Part shown: positions 1 to 12,960 of the stretch, in pieces
Layout of the letters: each line of letters opens with the position of its first letter
Position numbering within the stretch: the stretch's first letter is position 1
Origin: Haliotis rufescens
Lineage: Eukaryota
Assembly: GCF_023055435.1 (NCBI RefSeq)
Contig: NW_025964383.1
Coordinates: forward strand, 44,206,001-44,270,000
Direction: 5' to 3'
Length of the DNA stretch: 64,000 nucleotides
Notes under the pieces: model-generated
Database searches by the model: none
The model's input: the letters and a program-made list of their open reading frames with translations, nothing else
Told to the model about the DNA's origin: nothing
Made by a program: the position numbers and the translations under genes

Positions 1-131
1 TATTACATGCATCATTACGATAATTCTTTCATCCGGACTATTACTCATGGGGCAACTGCACTGGTCGGTGCCCTCCGGGTGATTTCTTTCTTTCTTTCTT
101 GTTTAAAGCCGCGCTCAGCAATATTCCAGCT

Positions 132-314
132 TCTTTCAGTCACTGTGGCATTTAGAAGTTGGTGTGATGAAGTAAGACGAGTTCTATGGATGAACAACTT
201 CTTTATTACAATTAGTGCGACGTTTCGGTGTAGATCCTAACACCTTTATCTAGCACCGAAACGTCGCACTAATTGTAATTAAGAAGTTGTTCATCCATAG
301 AACTCGTCTTACTT
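132..314. mobile_element. Penelope-like element terminal fragment with inverted arms, 12-bp TSD, inserted in a SINE
   Basis: Inverted arms 170-230 and 254-314 (61 bp, 1 mismatch). Flanked by a duplicated AATATTCCAGCT (120-131, 315-326). Contains the hammerhead-type CCGAAACGTC followed by an AATAAA-like signal. Confidence 0.75.
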
Positions 315-2902
315 AATATTCCAGCTATATGACGGCGGTCTGTAAATAATCGAATCTGGACCAGACAGTCCAGTGATTGACATCATGAGCGGATGAACGA
401 GGTTTCACTGTAACTGATCAGTGCATGGAGACTGACGTAATGCACTAGCCTCAGCAGGGTCAGCACAACTAGGACAATATTACATTCACACATGACCACC
501 TTACTGTAACAACCACTCCTATCCACGGGAGAAAGATTGATGGGAGCTGCTGCTGCTGCTGCTGATGATGATGATGATGGGTTATTTACCTGTGTGCATA
601 TCGCAGGACCCGGATAATGGACGGGTACAACATAGCCGTACGGACCCCTGCTATAGGGTAGCATCTTCCCGCTCCGCTACAACAAGATCACGTGTTATTT
701 GTAAACACACTCTACATGCTCACGGATGTCAGGGGTCAGGCCACGTAAAGAAATCCTTGATTCTCGCCACGGACCGACCCTACAAAACATATATGATCCT
801 AAAAAAAATTAAAAAATTGGACTCGACATTGGACATTGGACTCGACAAAGGCTCCCACAGTACAATTTGTATTCCTAACATATGATATGTACAATACGGC
901 GAGTGAGTGAGTGAGTGAGTGAGTGGGATGTATGGCTCTACGCCGATTTTAGCAATATTCCAACAATTTGACGGCAGGAAGGGAATAGAACCCGGGCTTT
1001 CGGCGTGACGAGCGAACGCGTTAACCACAAATCAGCAAATAATCGCATTAAAGGTTCGAAACTCTATTCTTATCTCGAATGCGAGATAAGCGGTCAAATT
1101 TAGATGTATTTATATTGGGAGGCGGTGGGGACTATAGACAAGGTTCGAGATATCGGTACATTCGAATTAACGGATTTCGAGGTCAGGTCCGGCTGTATGT
1201 CATTGTTTTCATTTAGTACAATTATGGAATATAAAACTAAAATGTCACAACGCTTTTTTTAAAAGAAACAAGAACGTTCTTGATGTGGCCTTAGGGCGGA
1301 TCTCCCTCGAGGTAGTTTAATGGGATCTATATCCATTTTGTCTCGTGTGTCACTTTTGATAAATCTCAACAGGCGTTGCAAGATATAATATTCATGCAGT
1401 CTCGCCCGGGGCTAGAATTAACGTTACAGACACATAGCTCGTGAGAGGGGGACGCATTTAGGTCATGAAATATCGCCTCCCGCGTTTCATCAAACAACAG
1501 GTTTGTGTTTTGCTTGTCGTTACGATCATAAAAAAGGCCGATGAAACACGTAATAACGTACACACGTACTGGCCTAATGGTTGTGAAATACCGGCATGTA
1601 ATAAGCCATTTCTCATTCGGGTCTAATCGGCTTTTTCCGTTCCCTACATAATACCTCATGAGGTTTGTGTTGTATTCGTTCTCTCTGAAGATGGTGCCAT
1701 TGAAATGCTTCCACTGTTTCGCCGGATTCAACAATGGTTTTTTTGTTTGTTTTAATTTGGGTTTTTTTAATTTGTTTTGTGTGTTTTTGTTGTGTGTTTT
1801 TTTTTGTTTTTTTTTGTTTGTTTTTTTGTTATTTGTTGTTTGTTTGTTTTTTTTGGGGGGGGGGGCCCGAAGTGAGGCAGGTCTTAGATGGTCTTAACCT
1901 CGGTCTTAACCCCACTGGGATGGGGCTGACAAACCTAGAACCCTAATCAGGGCGATAAAACTGCCTGAAACCATGGAGTAGGGATATTTCACTATTTGAC
2001 TCTAAACCACATACCGACGGACCCCTCCGCATATATTTCGTACAAAAATATCATGACGGCTGTTTTTAAGAAACAGCTTTTAATCTTTTAGATTATATAT
2101 AGAATTGGATACGAACAAGAATCATGTTTGGATCACATTGCCGCCACACTGAATGTGGTGCTTATTGTGATAGTCACGAGAACTAGTGCAACTAGTTATT
2201 CAAATATGGATTCCTCACAATGCCGGCGGGCGGTGGGTAGCCAAGTGGTTAAAGCGTTAGCTCGTCACGCCGAAGATCCGGGTTCGATTCCCCACATGGA
2301 TACAATGAGCGTCCTGATAGTGCTGAGCTATTGCTAAAAGCGGCGTAAAACCATACTCACTCACTCACAATGTTTGCTAGGATCACTTATAGCACTGACG
2401 TGAGTCGAGTGGGTGGATGTGATAGTTACTATGGAGTCGAGTTGGTTGCTATGTTGTCTACATTCCGCCATGACATTATCATAACATTTTTTTAACATTA
2501 TGGACATTAAAAGATATACTTTATGGCCATTTAAAGGGTCCATATTGTTTGACTTTTTAAATGTGGACCAGGGTTAATTTAGTCTCATTAAAATCAGAAC
2601 TTAGTTCTCGCTATAAACCAAACAAAACTCGGATCTGATTGTAATGAGATGTGGATGACTGGCTGCATCAGACACTTAGTTTGAATCAAGTACCCCAGGC
2701 CAATTTTGTTTTTTCTGCTCGCTCAAAAATTAGAATTAGGAGATAAACTTATGAACAGTTGACCTGGACATAGACTGGAAATGGCACCCGACCCGTGGAC
2801 AGGAGAAGGGTGTCTTAACATACACTATCAACTTCTCAAGAAGTAGTTATCATTTCTTAATTGCAAAATTTAAAGACAATAGTTTGATGTTGTTTTTAGT
2901 TG

Positions 2903-2948
<46 letters not shown>

Positions 2949-4056
2949 CATTTATTTAGTTAGTTAGTTTCTAGTTAGTTATTTCTTTAGTTATTTATAT
3001 ATTTAGTTAGTTATTTTTTTAGTTGTTTTTGTTGTTTTTGTTTTTGTTGTTTTGTTGTTTTTTTGTTTTGTTGTAATTCTATCATTGCATTATTTCTTTT
3101 ATAGTTTACTTTTTTAGATTGATGGTTGTTGGAGCATCTTTTTTACATCAAGATTCCACGTTTTTACAACCCTGTACAATACAACATGCAGTCTATCATG
3201 ACATTAAACAAACTTGATGAACAGAGATACAATGACACTGTGATATAGAATGCTTTTGACTGGCACTGTCAGTCTTGGCACGGAGTTGACAGTTTTCGTG
3301 TGCATAACTTCACTTATTTTATCTATCTCTATGGTGGGTTGCTAAGGAATTAAACAAAAAAAATTAAATCTATTATTATTATTATAATTATTATTAACAC
3401 CTTTTTTTCAGTTATAGCAGGCGTGTCAGCTTCATGTGGAAAGAAAGCCTGAATCGAAGTCTCAGATGTTTACTTCTTTTGGTGAAACCCACGAGCACGG
3501 GTATGGTGCTGACAAACTTTTATAACTGGCTGGACTGCATAAATGACTGTATAACAGGCTCTTTGATGCATAAATGTGGTTTGATTCATAAAAAAAACTC
3601 TTCTTTTTGTTTGTAATGGACAGATTTGGTAGTTCTACAGGTAAATGGACGCCATCTTGGACGTCGTCTTCGACTTTTCGAAAACTAGGTCACGTGGGTC
3701 GGGCACCGCCCTAAATTATTGTTAAGAATGATATCCCAAAGAGTTATGCAAAGTTTCATGCTTTAATCCAGTCTGCAACGATTCTTCACCTCAACGACCT
3801 CACAAAGAAGCAGTATCGGGAAGAACGGGATTCGAACCCACATTCATAGATTTTTCTGACGTGCCCAAGGGACGCAACTCTGTACAGCAAATTGGGGCGC
3901 CTGAGATGACTGGGCCACTCGCCACCCCCTCGTCTAATGTCATAAACATACATTCCTTGGGGTGAATAACGTTGTCCGATGTGATAACGTGCGTGTGTAA
4001 CATATCACCCACATCCCAGCTATATCCTGTCTGCCTGTAAATAACCGAGTATTGGG

Positions 4057-4535
4057 CAGGTAAGCCAGGTCAGGTCAGGTCAGGTCAGGTAAGCCAGGTC
4101 AGGTCAGGTAAGCCAGGTCAGGTCAGGTCAGGTCAGGTCAGGTCAGGTCAGGTCAGGTCAGGTAAGCCAGGTCAGGTCAGGTCAGGTCAGGTCAGGTCAG
4201 GTCAGGTCAGGTCAGCCAGGTCAGGTCAAGTAAGCCAGGTCAGGTCAGGTCAGGTAAGCCAGGTCAGGTCAGGTCAGGTCAGGTAAGCCAGGTCAGGTCA
4301 GGTAAGCCAGGTCAGGTCAGGTCAGGTCAGGTCAGGTAAGCCAGGTCAGGTCAGGTAAGCCAGGTCAGGTCAGGTCAGGTCAGGTCAGCCAGGTCAGGTC
4401 AAGTAAGCCAGGTCAGGTCAGGTCAGGTCAGGTCAGGTAAGCCAGGTCAGGCCGGTAAGCCAGGTCAGGTCAGGTAAGCCAGGTCAGGTCAGGTCAGGTC
4501 AGGTCAGGTCAGGTCAGGTCAGGTCAGGTAAGCCA
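4057..4535 (+). repeat. (CAGGT)n array interspersed with CAGGTAAGC units
   Basis: Direct inspection. Confidence 0.95.
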
Positions 4536-4834
4536 AAATATAAAAATAACTCATTATCTCCCTTTGCTCGCCCTTCGCAACCAACAAGACTGTTAGAGAC
4601 TGAGACAAGTGACTGCTTTCCGCGACCTGCATGCGCTGGTCTTGGGTCCGATTCCCAGAATCTCCACGATTATAACGCTTGTTTCTTGTGTCGTTTACTA
4701 AAATACTGTGCAGATTCGAATTAAAGCAAACTCGCACTCCCACGTCAGGTGTAGGATATTTGACGGCATTGTGTTATCATTGAACGACAGGTGTTAGTCT
4801 CTCACGTGGGATTTCCTCCTGCGACGTTTACAGT

Positions 4835-7800
4835 ATGGCTGTCTTGAAAATATGTGTCCTATTATTGGCAATTGTAAGTTGGAAATGTACTATTGTCAGT
4901 CGCACTACTGTCTGTCTGTCTATTTCTCCCTCTCTCGCTCTGTCTCTCTAGCTCTCGCTCTTCCTCTCTCTAACTCTCTCGCTTTCTCTCTCACGCTCTT
5001 TTTCTCACTCTCTCTCTAACACTCACTTTCTCTTTCTCTCTCGCCTTCTCANNNNNNNNNNNNNNNNNNNNNNNNNNNNNNNNNNNNNNNNNNNNNNNNN
5101 NNNNNNNNNNNNNNNNNNNNNNNNNNNNNNNNNNNNNNNNNNNNNNNNNNNNNNNNNNNNNNNNNNNNNNNNNNNNNNNNNNNNNNNNNNNNNNNNNNNN
5201 NNNNNNNNNNAATGTCCATGTGTGATTGTGTCATGCACAAGTACCATCTTTTAACGTCTTTGATATGATGCGCCGAGACGCTTCACCCACTAGGCCAAGC
5301 ATGCGGTTGAAATCTACTCAGACGAAACAGTAAAGAACAACACCTGGACAGATCCGGACAACACGATGACCAAACTATCTACTGCTGAAGTCAAGAATGT
5401 ACATAACTGGGTTACACCCGTCAGCGTATGACATCCTCCTGTCACTGTCACGCCTTGAAAACACGGATACAGCACACCAGAACTACCCATCTGTCCACGT
5501 GCGGCCTCCACGCGTCATGTTGACAAACACGGAGGCTGTCCTTTTGGAATGAAAACCTTTCAAAAAATTGGGAGACACGAAAAGGTTAATGAACACCGAA
5601 AACACCATGTATTGTCGACTTACCTGAGCGTCCATCCTCTGTGAGCTGCAGGCTTACATGAGCAACACATTCCCCGCCCGACCCCCAACATGAGCTGCAT
5701 AGTAAACAAGGCAACGTCATGAGAAAGCCTTCAAGTATAACGCTCAGCTTAAACCCCAATAGCGCGACTGGCATGGTTTGTTTTATATGATATTTAATAA
5801 TGGCGAATATCAGGTTGGGTATCTATGAAATATGAACTTCATCATGGCTGAATACATGTATATAGAAGTTTCATTTTAACACGTACTGTTTATACTCTCG
5901 TTAGTCCATACCCCGTTAGGTCGGGGGCCGTTAGTCTGGAAACCGTTTATTCAGAAACCGTTAAAAGGGAAAATTGTGTAACGGTTAATGTTGATCTACG
6001 TATGCTAAAAGGGACATGGTTCGATAGTCCGGACATTTCTCTGGCACGGTACTAGTTGTAGGGGTGTCTTTGTATACTCTACAGCAAGTTCACTTATGCG
6101 TTCATTCATAATGCCACGGTTGAGGTTCTAGTGAGTGAGTGAGTGAGATTTGACGCCACTTTTAGCAATATTCCATAAATACCACAGAGTGGTGACAACC
6201 CACGAATGGCCTCCATATTCCACTTTTCCATGTTGGAAATCAAACCCCCCGATGTCTTCGAGAGGAGCCGACGCTTTAACCACTAGGCCACCACACCGTC
6301 CATTATGGAATTCTACAACATCTTCTACAACGACTACTGCTACGATTACTAGCCCGACAACTACATTCTCTACTAGTCCTGATGCTATATTCTCATAAAC
6401 AAGTAGGGTACCATGAACTATAAATGTTATGATCGTTCGCCTGAACAAAGATCAGCTTTGAAACACAAGTCCAGGATCGATTAATCAGACACCAGACTGA
6501 AATCGAGCCCAAACAGCCAATCAAATCGCAGTTCACTAAAGCCAGGGCATCGGCGAAAACGTCTGCAAGCAGCTAATCTCCATGTTCGGCGACAACGTGT
6601 TGCACCACCGTTAACAAAGAGACAGTCTACCCATTATGTTGAGAGCTTAGAAACTGGCGAATTGGCGATGGTCTCGTGTAATGTTTCCAGATGAGTCCAG
6701 ATTTAATATGGACTTTCTGATAGGCGTGGACTAGTCTGGAGGCATTCTAACGAACGACATGCGAACACCAATGCAAGCAAACATGATAGAATTGGTAGTG
6801 GGTATGTAATGATATGGGAACATCATCATGGAGCAGGAGAAAGTCATCCTAAAAATTCATCTTTTAACTACCCACTCCTGCGTCTTTAAATTTCTTGTTT
6901 TTTGTTGTTGTTTATTTATTTTTATTTTTTATTTATTTATTTTTTTATTTTTTTGGGGGGTGTGTGTGTTTTGTTGTTGTTGGTTTTTGTTTGGTTTTTG
7001 TTCGAATCCCGGTTCGCCCCGATTATGTTTCTAGGTTTGTCAGCACCATACCCGTGCTCGTGGGTTTCACCGATGTGGTAAACGCCTGAGACCTGCATCA
7101 CTTCGGGCTTTCCTCCCACGCCGCGATATTGCTGGAAAACTGTTAAAAGCGGCGTTAAACCAAACTCACTCACTCACTCACTTGTTTTTTGCACCCTTAC
7201 AAGACACCACCACCATGTTCTGTTGCTGTCATGTTACACCTTCCTTGTTGGTCTCCATCCATTACCGCCACTCGATACCTCTTTGTATTTCTGAAATCAG
7301 CTGCCATATTCGACTATCCCCAACTCTTTAGGAGAATGTATATTAACTACAACTGCAGGAACTGGGTCGTCTTCTCCACAGGCTGTGTCGGCAACCACAG
7401 GGGCTCTCCTTCAACTCCCAAAGACCAAGTCCTGCTTGAATGATGGGGAATGCGGGTCGGGAGAGTGCTGTGCCAAGCAGCTGGGGCCCCTCATCATGAG
7501 CAGGCGACGGGATGCGTTCACGACCCCCGACCCTGCCACTGTAGAAGGTGGGGGCGTTATTAGTTGTTTATTTGTTTAACGCCGTACTCAGCAATATTCC
7601 AGCTACATGACGGCGGTGCGTAAATAACAGACAATCCAGTCATTGATATCATGAGCATCGATCTACGCGATTTGGGATACGATATGCATCAATCAAATCA
7701 TCGAGCCTAACCACCCGATCCGTTTAGTCGCCTCTTACGACAAGCATAGTCGCCTCTGACGACAAGCATAGTCGCCTCTGACGACAAGCATTGTCGCCTC

Positions 7801-9910
7801 TTACGACAAGCATAGTCGCCTCTTACAAGTATAGTCGCCTCTTAAGGCAAGCATTGGTTGGTAACCCGGATCCTCACGGGTGTTGCCCTGTAAAGACACA
7901 AAATTAAAATCGCCGCCTTTTTTCGTAGAAAATACAGGGACAATGCCTGATTTTCAAGTATGACCCAGAAGACAAGATCTGGACTCGTAAGAAGGGAAAC
8001 GGGCTGCCCAGTCGTCTACGGTGCCGCGATTCGCTGTGCAGAGTTGCGTCCCCTCGGCACGCCAGACACCTATTATCGTGGGTTCGAATCACGGTTCGCC
8101 ACGCTCATGTTTCTAGGTTTGTTAGCACCATACCCGTGCTCGTGGGTTCGACCAAAGTCGTGAATGTCTGTGACTTGCATCACTTAGGGATTTTCTCCCA
8201 CATTAAGCTAAAACAGTGTGATATAACTGGAGTACTGTTAAAGTGGCGTTAAACCAAACTCACTCACTCTTGACAGAGATATTGCAACCAGACCCTGGAG
8301 CGAATATCGCATGGTTCTAATGCTGGGACATCATAAACTGCCAGGAATTAGAAAGTTTACACTTCGATATTACAAACGTTATCAAAACGTTACTAGGCTG
8401 AAAAAAGCTGCAACTTAAGGTGAAGTGAGGTGAAATGGGGTTTAACGTCGCGTTCAAGCTTATTGCACTTATTTAGCGACGTGCATGCACGTGTGTGTGT
8501 GTGGCTGCTTGTACTAGTCCGGACTAATGCCGATTTTATAGTGCTAGTTCACTGAGATACTCTGCCGCAGTTTAACACGAATACCCCAAACACAGTATAC
8601 TGACTCTGAGCCGACCAGTCCTTGCTTTATCCCTTTAATCCCAAGCGCCAGGCATGGTAACAAGTACTATTTTTTAACGTCTTTCTGGTAGGACGCGCTC
8701 GCGGATCGAATCCCTGACCTTCCCCTTTCAGGGTAGACGCTCTGCCACAAGGCCGCGGAGTTGCTCGCAAATTTAGATCCAACCCACAACTATGATACCA
8801 GTATCAAATTCATCACCATCGAGAACCATTTCTTGTTTGTTTCATGATTAGCCACTATCCAACATGGGTGCAAACCTTCTTTTGCTCGGCAGTGCATGAA
8901 AAATGACGCGGTTTTTTAGCAATGTTGGAATGGCAAAAACAAGATTGAATGTGTGAGTGGCGTTAACTCCTCAGATTCCTGATTTGGCATCATCCTCGTG
9001 GTGTTCAAGTAGGCATGACACCATCTTCCCGCGGCAAGGGTTTAAACTGACCGTGAAAGTTTCCACCCTTGCCGACCCAGGCTGGAAATCCATGGCTCGA
9101 TCGATCGTAGCGCCACCAGTGATTATTACGAGTTATGTCCCTTTTATTTCTCTCCAATTGACCAATCAGATTCAACCTCTCACATCACTTTTGCTTCAAA
9201 CACCATGAAAGAGCCCAGTTAAGACGATCTGATCGATAGTCAATATCTATATTATAATAAAACGGGTCTTACCTCGCGATGTCCATCAAATCACTTAAGC
9301 ACCTTTATTAAAAGCATGAAAATATTTGGAAAATATCTGTCGCCGCCTAGTTGCCGGGATACAAATCCTGCTGGCGAAATAGACTCGTTTGTCCAGCCGA
9401 AATGTAACTCCTGAATTCCAGCCTCATTCAGTTAAACCCTTTGCCTCGGGAGATGATTCTTATGCCGTATTAAGCTGATACGCCTATATGGCTGGAATAG
9501 TATTCAAAGCGGTTTTAACCCTGATACTTAATGTAGGTTCGAATCGTTGGCTGTGATCTCGCCCCGGTTGTGATCCTTGGTGAGTGTATGAGTGAGTGAT
9601 ATTGCTTAAATCCATATCACTCACTCATTCACTCATTCATTTAACTGAAACACCGTGATATATCTAAAATGATATTCAAAATCGGCGTTTCACTCACTCA
9701 CTCACTCACTCACTCACTCTTGCAGGAACCTGTAAGCCGTACCTGAAGCACGGAGAGTGGTGTGGTGGAGTCTGGACTCAGAACGGCTTTTGTGGGTGTG
9801 CCCCCTCCCTCACGTGCCACCGCTACCCACCCGTCGTCCCAGTGACTCGCCGGAAGAGGAAGATGTTGGCCGGCACCTATCTGTGTGAGCCCAAGGAAAT
9901 GGGCCCCTAG
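4835..9910 (+). CDS. Secreted 10-cysteine prokineticin/colipase-fold (astakine/MIT-like) protein precursor, paralogue A, 129 aa
   Basis: Exons 4835-4873 (MAVLKICVLLLAI, donor GTAAGT), 7382-7547 and 9726-9910 join in phases 0 and 1 to give MAVLKICVLLLAIAVSATTGALLQLPKTKSCLNDGECGSGECCAKQLGPLIMSRRRDAFTTPDPATVEGTCKPYLKHGEWCGGVWTQNGFCGCAPSLTCHRYPPVVPVTRRKRKMLAGTYLCEPKEMGP*. Hydrophobic signal peptide. Cys spacing C-x5-C-x4-CC-x27-C-x9-C-x9-CxC-x5-C-x22-C. Exon structure matches paralogue B. Intron 1 spans the assembly gap. Confidence 0.85.
5052..5210. other. Assembly gap (159 N)
   Basis: Run of N following a (CT)n microsatellite. Confidence 1.
8001..8268 (+). mobile_element. SINE family 3 (tRNA-Leu-like head with long internal insert, (CACT)n tail)
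   Basis: Head GGCTGCCCAGTCGTCTACGGTGCC...GTGGGTTCGAATC and body TTTCTAGGTTTGTTAGCACCATACCCGTGCTCGTGGGT. Other copies at 49505-49743, 48893-49077, 7001-7182, 28294-28542(-), 35018-35180, 3826-3922(-), 13645-13730(-). Confidence 0.8.
8419..8765 (-). mobile_element. tRNA-derived SINE, probably V-domain (RUDI/BivaV-like) type
   Basis: On the minus strand a tRNA-like head is followed by GACTGGTCGGCTCAGAGTCAGTATA and CAGTGAACTAGCACTATAAAA, motifs I recall from molluscan V-SINEs. Second copy 18082-18377(-). Fragments at 20945-21075 and 45660-45850. Confidence 0.65.
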
Positions 9911-10299
9911 GTCGCCATGGAGTATGCCGGATACGTATCATAGGAATATAAAAAAAACATGCAGACAAGATCTATTATGTGTTTGTTTGTTTCTTTCTTG
10001 GATTATACCAAAGAAGAAAATGGAAATGACATAGTTAAGTTATTTGGTGAGATTGGGTCATTGTTTTGAATGATTTGCCCAAAACGTTAATCAAGGATTT
10101 CATTTGTGTCAGCTGAATGTTGGCGCTAAGCCCAGCCAACGACTTAGGTCGTTGACCCACGACATGATGAAACCTGGGATCGTAATCAGAGCGAATCTGG
10201 GATTCGAACCCGTGTTCACCTGATACTGGCAAGGCAAAGGAACGAACTTTGTTTTCCGACCCAAGTTGACGGGAAAAGAGGCAAATACCAGAGATTCAT

Positions 10300-11500
10300 T
10301 AAACCTGATTTAATCCTATTAATCCTGTGAAAATTAATCCTGTTTTATTACTGTTCATCCTGTGATCATTAATCCTGTTTTTTTCCTGCTAATGTTGTCA
10401 TTAACCCTGTGTTTTATTCCTGTTAATTTTATCATCATTAACCCGGTTTTATTTCTGTTAATTTTGTTAGCATTAATCCTGTGTTTTATTCCTGTTAATG
10501 CTGTGATCATTAATCCTGTGTTTTATTCATGTTAATGCTGTTATCATCAACCCTGTGTTTTATTCCTGTTAATACTGTTATCATTAACCCTGTGTTTTAT
10601 TCCCGTTAATTTTGTCATCATTAACCCTGTTTTATTTCTGTTAATTTTGTTATCATTAATCCTGTGTTTTATTCCTGTTAATGCTGTGATTATTAATCAT
10701 GTGTTATATTCCTGCTAATGTTGTGATCATTAACCCTGTGTTTTATTCCTGTTAATGTTGTTATCATTAACCCTGTGTTTTATTCCTGTTAATGCTGTTA
10801 TCATTAACCCTGTGTTTTATTCCTGTTAATTTTGTTATCATTAGCCCTGTGTTTAATTCCTGTTAATTTTGATATCACTAACCCTGTGTTTTATTCCTGT
10901 TAATTTTGTTATCATTAACCCTGTTTTATTCCTGTTAATTTTATTATGATTAACCCTGTTTTATTCCTGTTAATTTTGTTATCATCAACCCAGTTTTATT
11001 CCTGTTAATTTTGTTATCATTAGCACTGTTTTATTCCTGTTAATTTTGTTATCATTAATCCTGTGTTTTATTCCTGTTAATGCTGTGATTATTAATCATG
11101 TGTTATATTCCTGTTAATGTTGTGATCATTAACCCTGTGTTTTATTCCTGTTAATGTTGTTATCATTAACCCTGTGCTTTATTCCTGTTAATGCTGTTAT
11201 CATTAACCCTGTGTTTTATTCCTGTTAATTTTGTTATCATTAGCCCTGTGTTTAATTCCTGTTAATTTTGATATCACTAACCCTGTGTTTTATTCCTGTT
11301 AATTTTGTTATCATTAACCCTGTGTTTTATTCCTGTTAATTTTATTATCATTAACCCTGTTTTATTCCTGTTAATTTTGTTATCATCAACCCAGTTTTAT
11401 TCCTGTTAATTTTGTTATCATTTACCCTGTGTTTTATTCCTGTTAATTTTATTATCATTAACCCTGTTTTATTCCTGTTAATTTTGTTATCATCAACCCA
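10300..11500. repeat. AT-rich minisatellite with a unit of about 35-37 bp (CCTGTTAATTTTGTTATCATTAACCCTGTGTTTTATT), between the two peptide genes
   Basis: Roughly 30 tandem diverged units. Confidence 0.95.
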
Positions 11501-12627
11501 ACATTCCCTCGCTCACTTTCGATGCATTTCGAGGTGGGGTAGCCTCGTGGTTAAAGCGTTCGCTCGTCACGCTGAAGGCCCAGGTTCGAATCCCCACATG
11601 GGTACAATGTGTAAAGCCAATTCTTATTGTCCCCCGCCGTAATAGCTAGAGTATTGCTAAAAGCGACGTAAGACCACACTTACTCGTTCGTTCACTCAAT
11701 GAATTGTCGTGAGAGACTTAATGCATCGGATTCTTAGGCTCCGGCCGTTGATTACAATATTAGTCACTGGGTTGTCTGGTGCAGACATGATTATTATTAG
11801 GCCACAGTTCTACAGCTGGAATATTGCGTATGGCGTTAAACAACACTCACACCCACACGCATTCACACCATCTTCCCGAGGCAAGGGAGTTAACTGACCC
11901 TAAACGTCCAGTTTCCATCCTTGCCGAACTAGGCTGGAGTTTCTGGGCTCGATCGTAGCGGCACCAGTGGCTATTAAGAGTTATGTCCCTTCCAAGTTCC
12001 CCCTATGACCAATCAGATTCCAACTCTCATATCACTGGCATTTGATTGGACTTTTACAGTCAGTTAACACCCTTGCACTCACACACACTCACATACACAC
12101 TCACTCACACACAAACACACTCTCAGTCACACACTCGCATCTCACACACTCACATACACACTCACTCACACACAAACACACTCTCACTCACACACTCGCA
12201 CATCCACTCACAAAATTAAAACAAATCTTTCATTGCGCTTTAGAATTAGTTCATATTGTTATTGCTTCACACAAGAAACAAACCCTTTGCATATCTGAGT
12301 GGTCAAAATGTCGCATTGTCGCGCTATAATAGACACTGTCTGCTGGTTTTTGTAAGGGCAGCACCGCGACAAAGCCCCTATAAAATTTCCATAAGATAGG
12401 CCACCCAATATCCTATTCTTACTTGCCCCATATGTCCGGAAGCGCCACCGCTGGATCATTACTGTTTGTTTGTTTCTTCTTCTTTTTTCATTTAGTCGCC
12501 TATCACTCGGATCCCCAATTGGGGTGTGTATTGTTAAGATAGTCTAAATCAATAGGCAATACTATACATCCTTGTTTCGTTAATCCGGACATGTGTTACT
12601 CCGGACCATTTCACTGGAAACTGTATC

Positions 12628-12960
12628 ACTTCTTTGAGTGGCATTTAGAAGTTGGAATGGTAACTAAGACAAAATTGTTATGGATTAGCAACTTCTTAGT
12701 ATCCTTGTGTTAATCCCATACCCATCAATCACTGTACATCAACCCTATCTCTTGTATAAACTTGTTTATCATAACTACCTATCAATCAGTGTACATCAAC
12801 CTTATCTGTTATATAAACATCTATCTATTGTTATGTATATATATCATGCTCATACCTAGTTTGTACATCATTTGCTTGATAACGGTGTTAGAATCTACAC
12901 CGAAACGTCGCCCAATTGTAATAAAGAAGTTGCTGATCCATAACAATTTTGCCTTAGTTA
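12628..12960 (+). mobile_element. Penelope-like element truncated copy with partial inverted terminus, 12-bp TSD
   Basis: Same GTGGCATTTAGAAGTTGG end as the copy at 132-314. Inverted segments about 12661-12697 and 12924-12960. TSD GGAAACTGTATC at 12616-12627 and 12961-12972. Confidence 0.75.
12873..12912 (+). ncRNA. Minimal type-I hammerhead ribozyme-like motif (U3-A8 variant)
   Basis: tgc-TTGATAA-c-GGTGT-TAGAATCT-ACACC-GAAA-CG-TC-gcc. The core is UUGANAA instead of CUGANGA, with stem II, GAAA, palindromic ACGT in place of stem III, and a GUC cleavage triplet. Confidence 0.6.

Noticed and set aside
383-885. ORFs with poly-Ser/Ala/Met runs, considered as a possible third peptide paralogue
   Set aside because: They are driven by a (GCT)n(GAT)n microsatellite and have no matching Cys pattern or splice structure.
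1658-1946. Hydrophobic Phe/Val/Cys-rich ORFs (also 6828-7089, 22134-22487)
   Set aside because: They are low-complexity T/G-rich tracts, not membrane proteins.
10300-11500. CRISPR-like appearance of the 35-39-bp arrays (also 23514, 38023, 54790)
   Set aside because: The units are head-to-tail with no unique spacers, there are no cas genes, and the context is eukaryotic.
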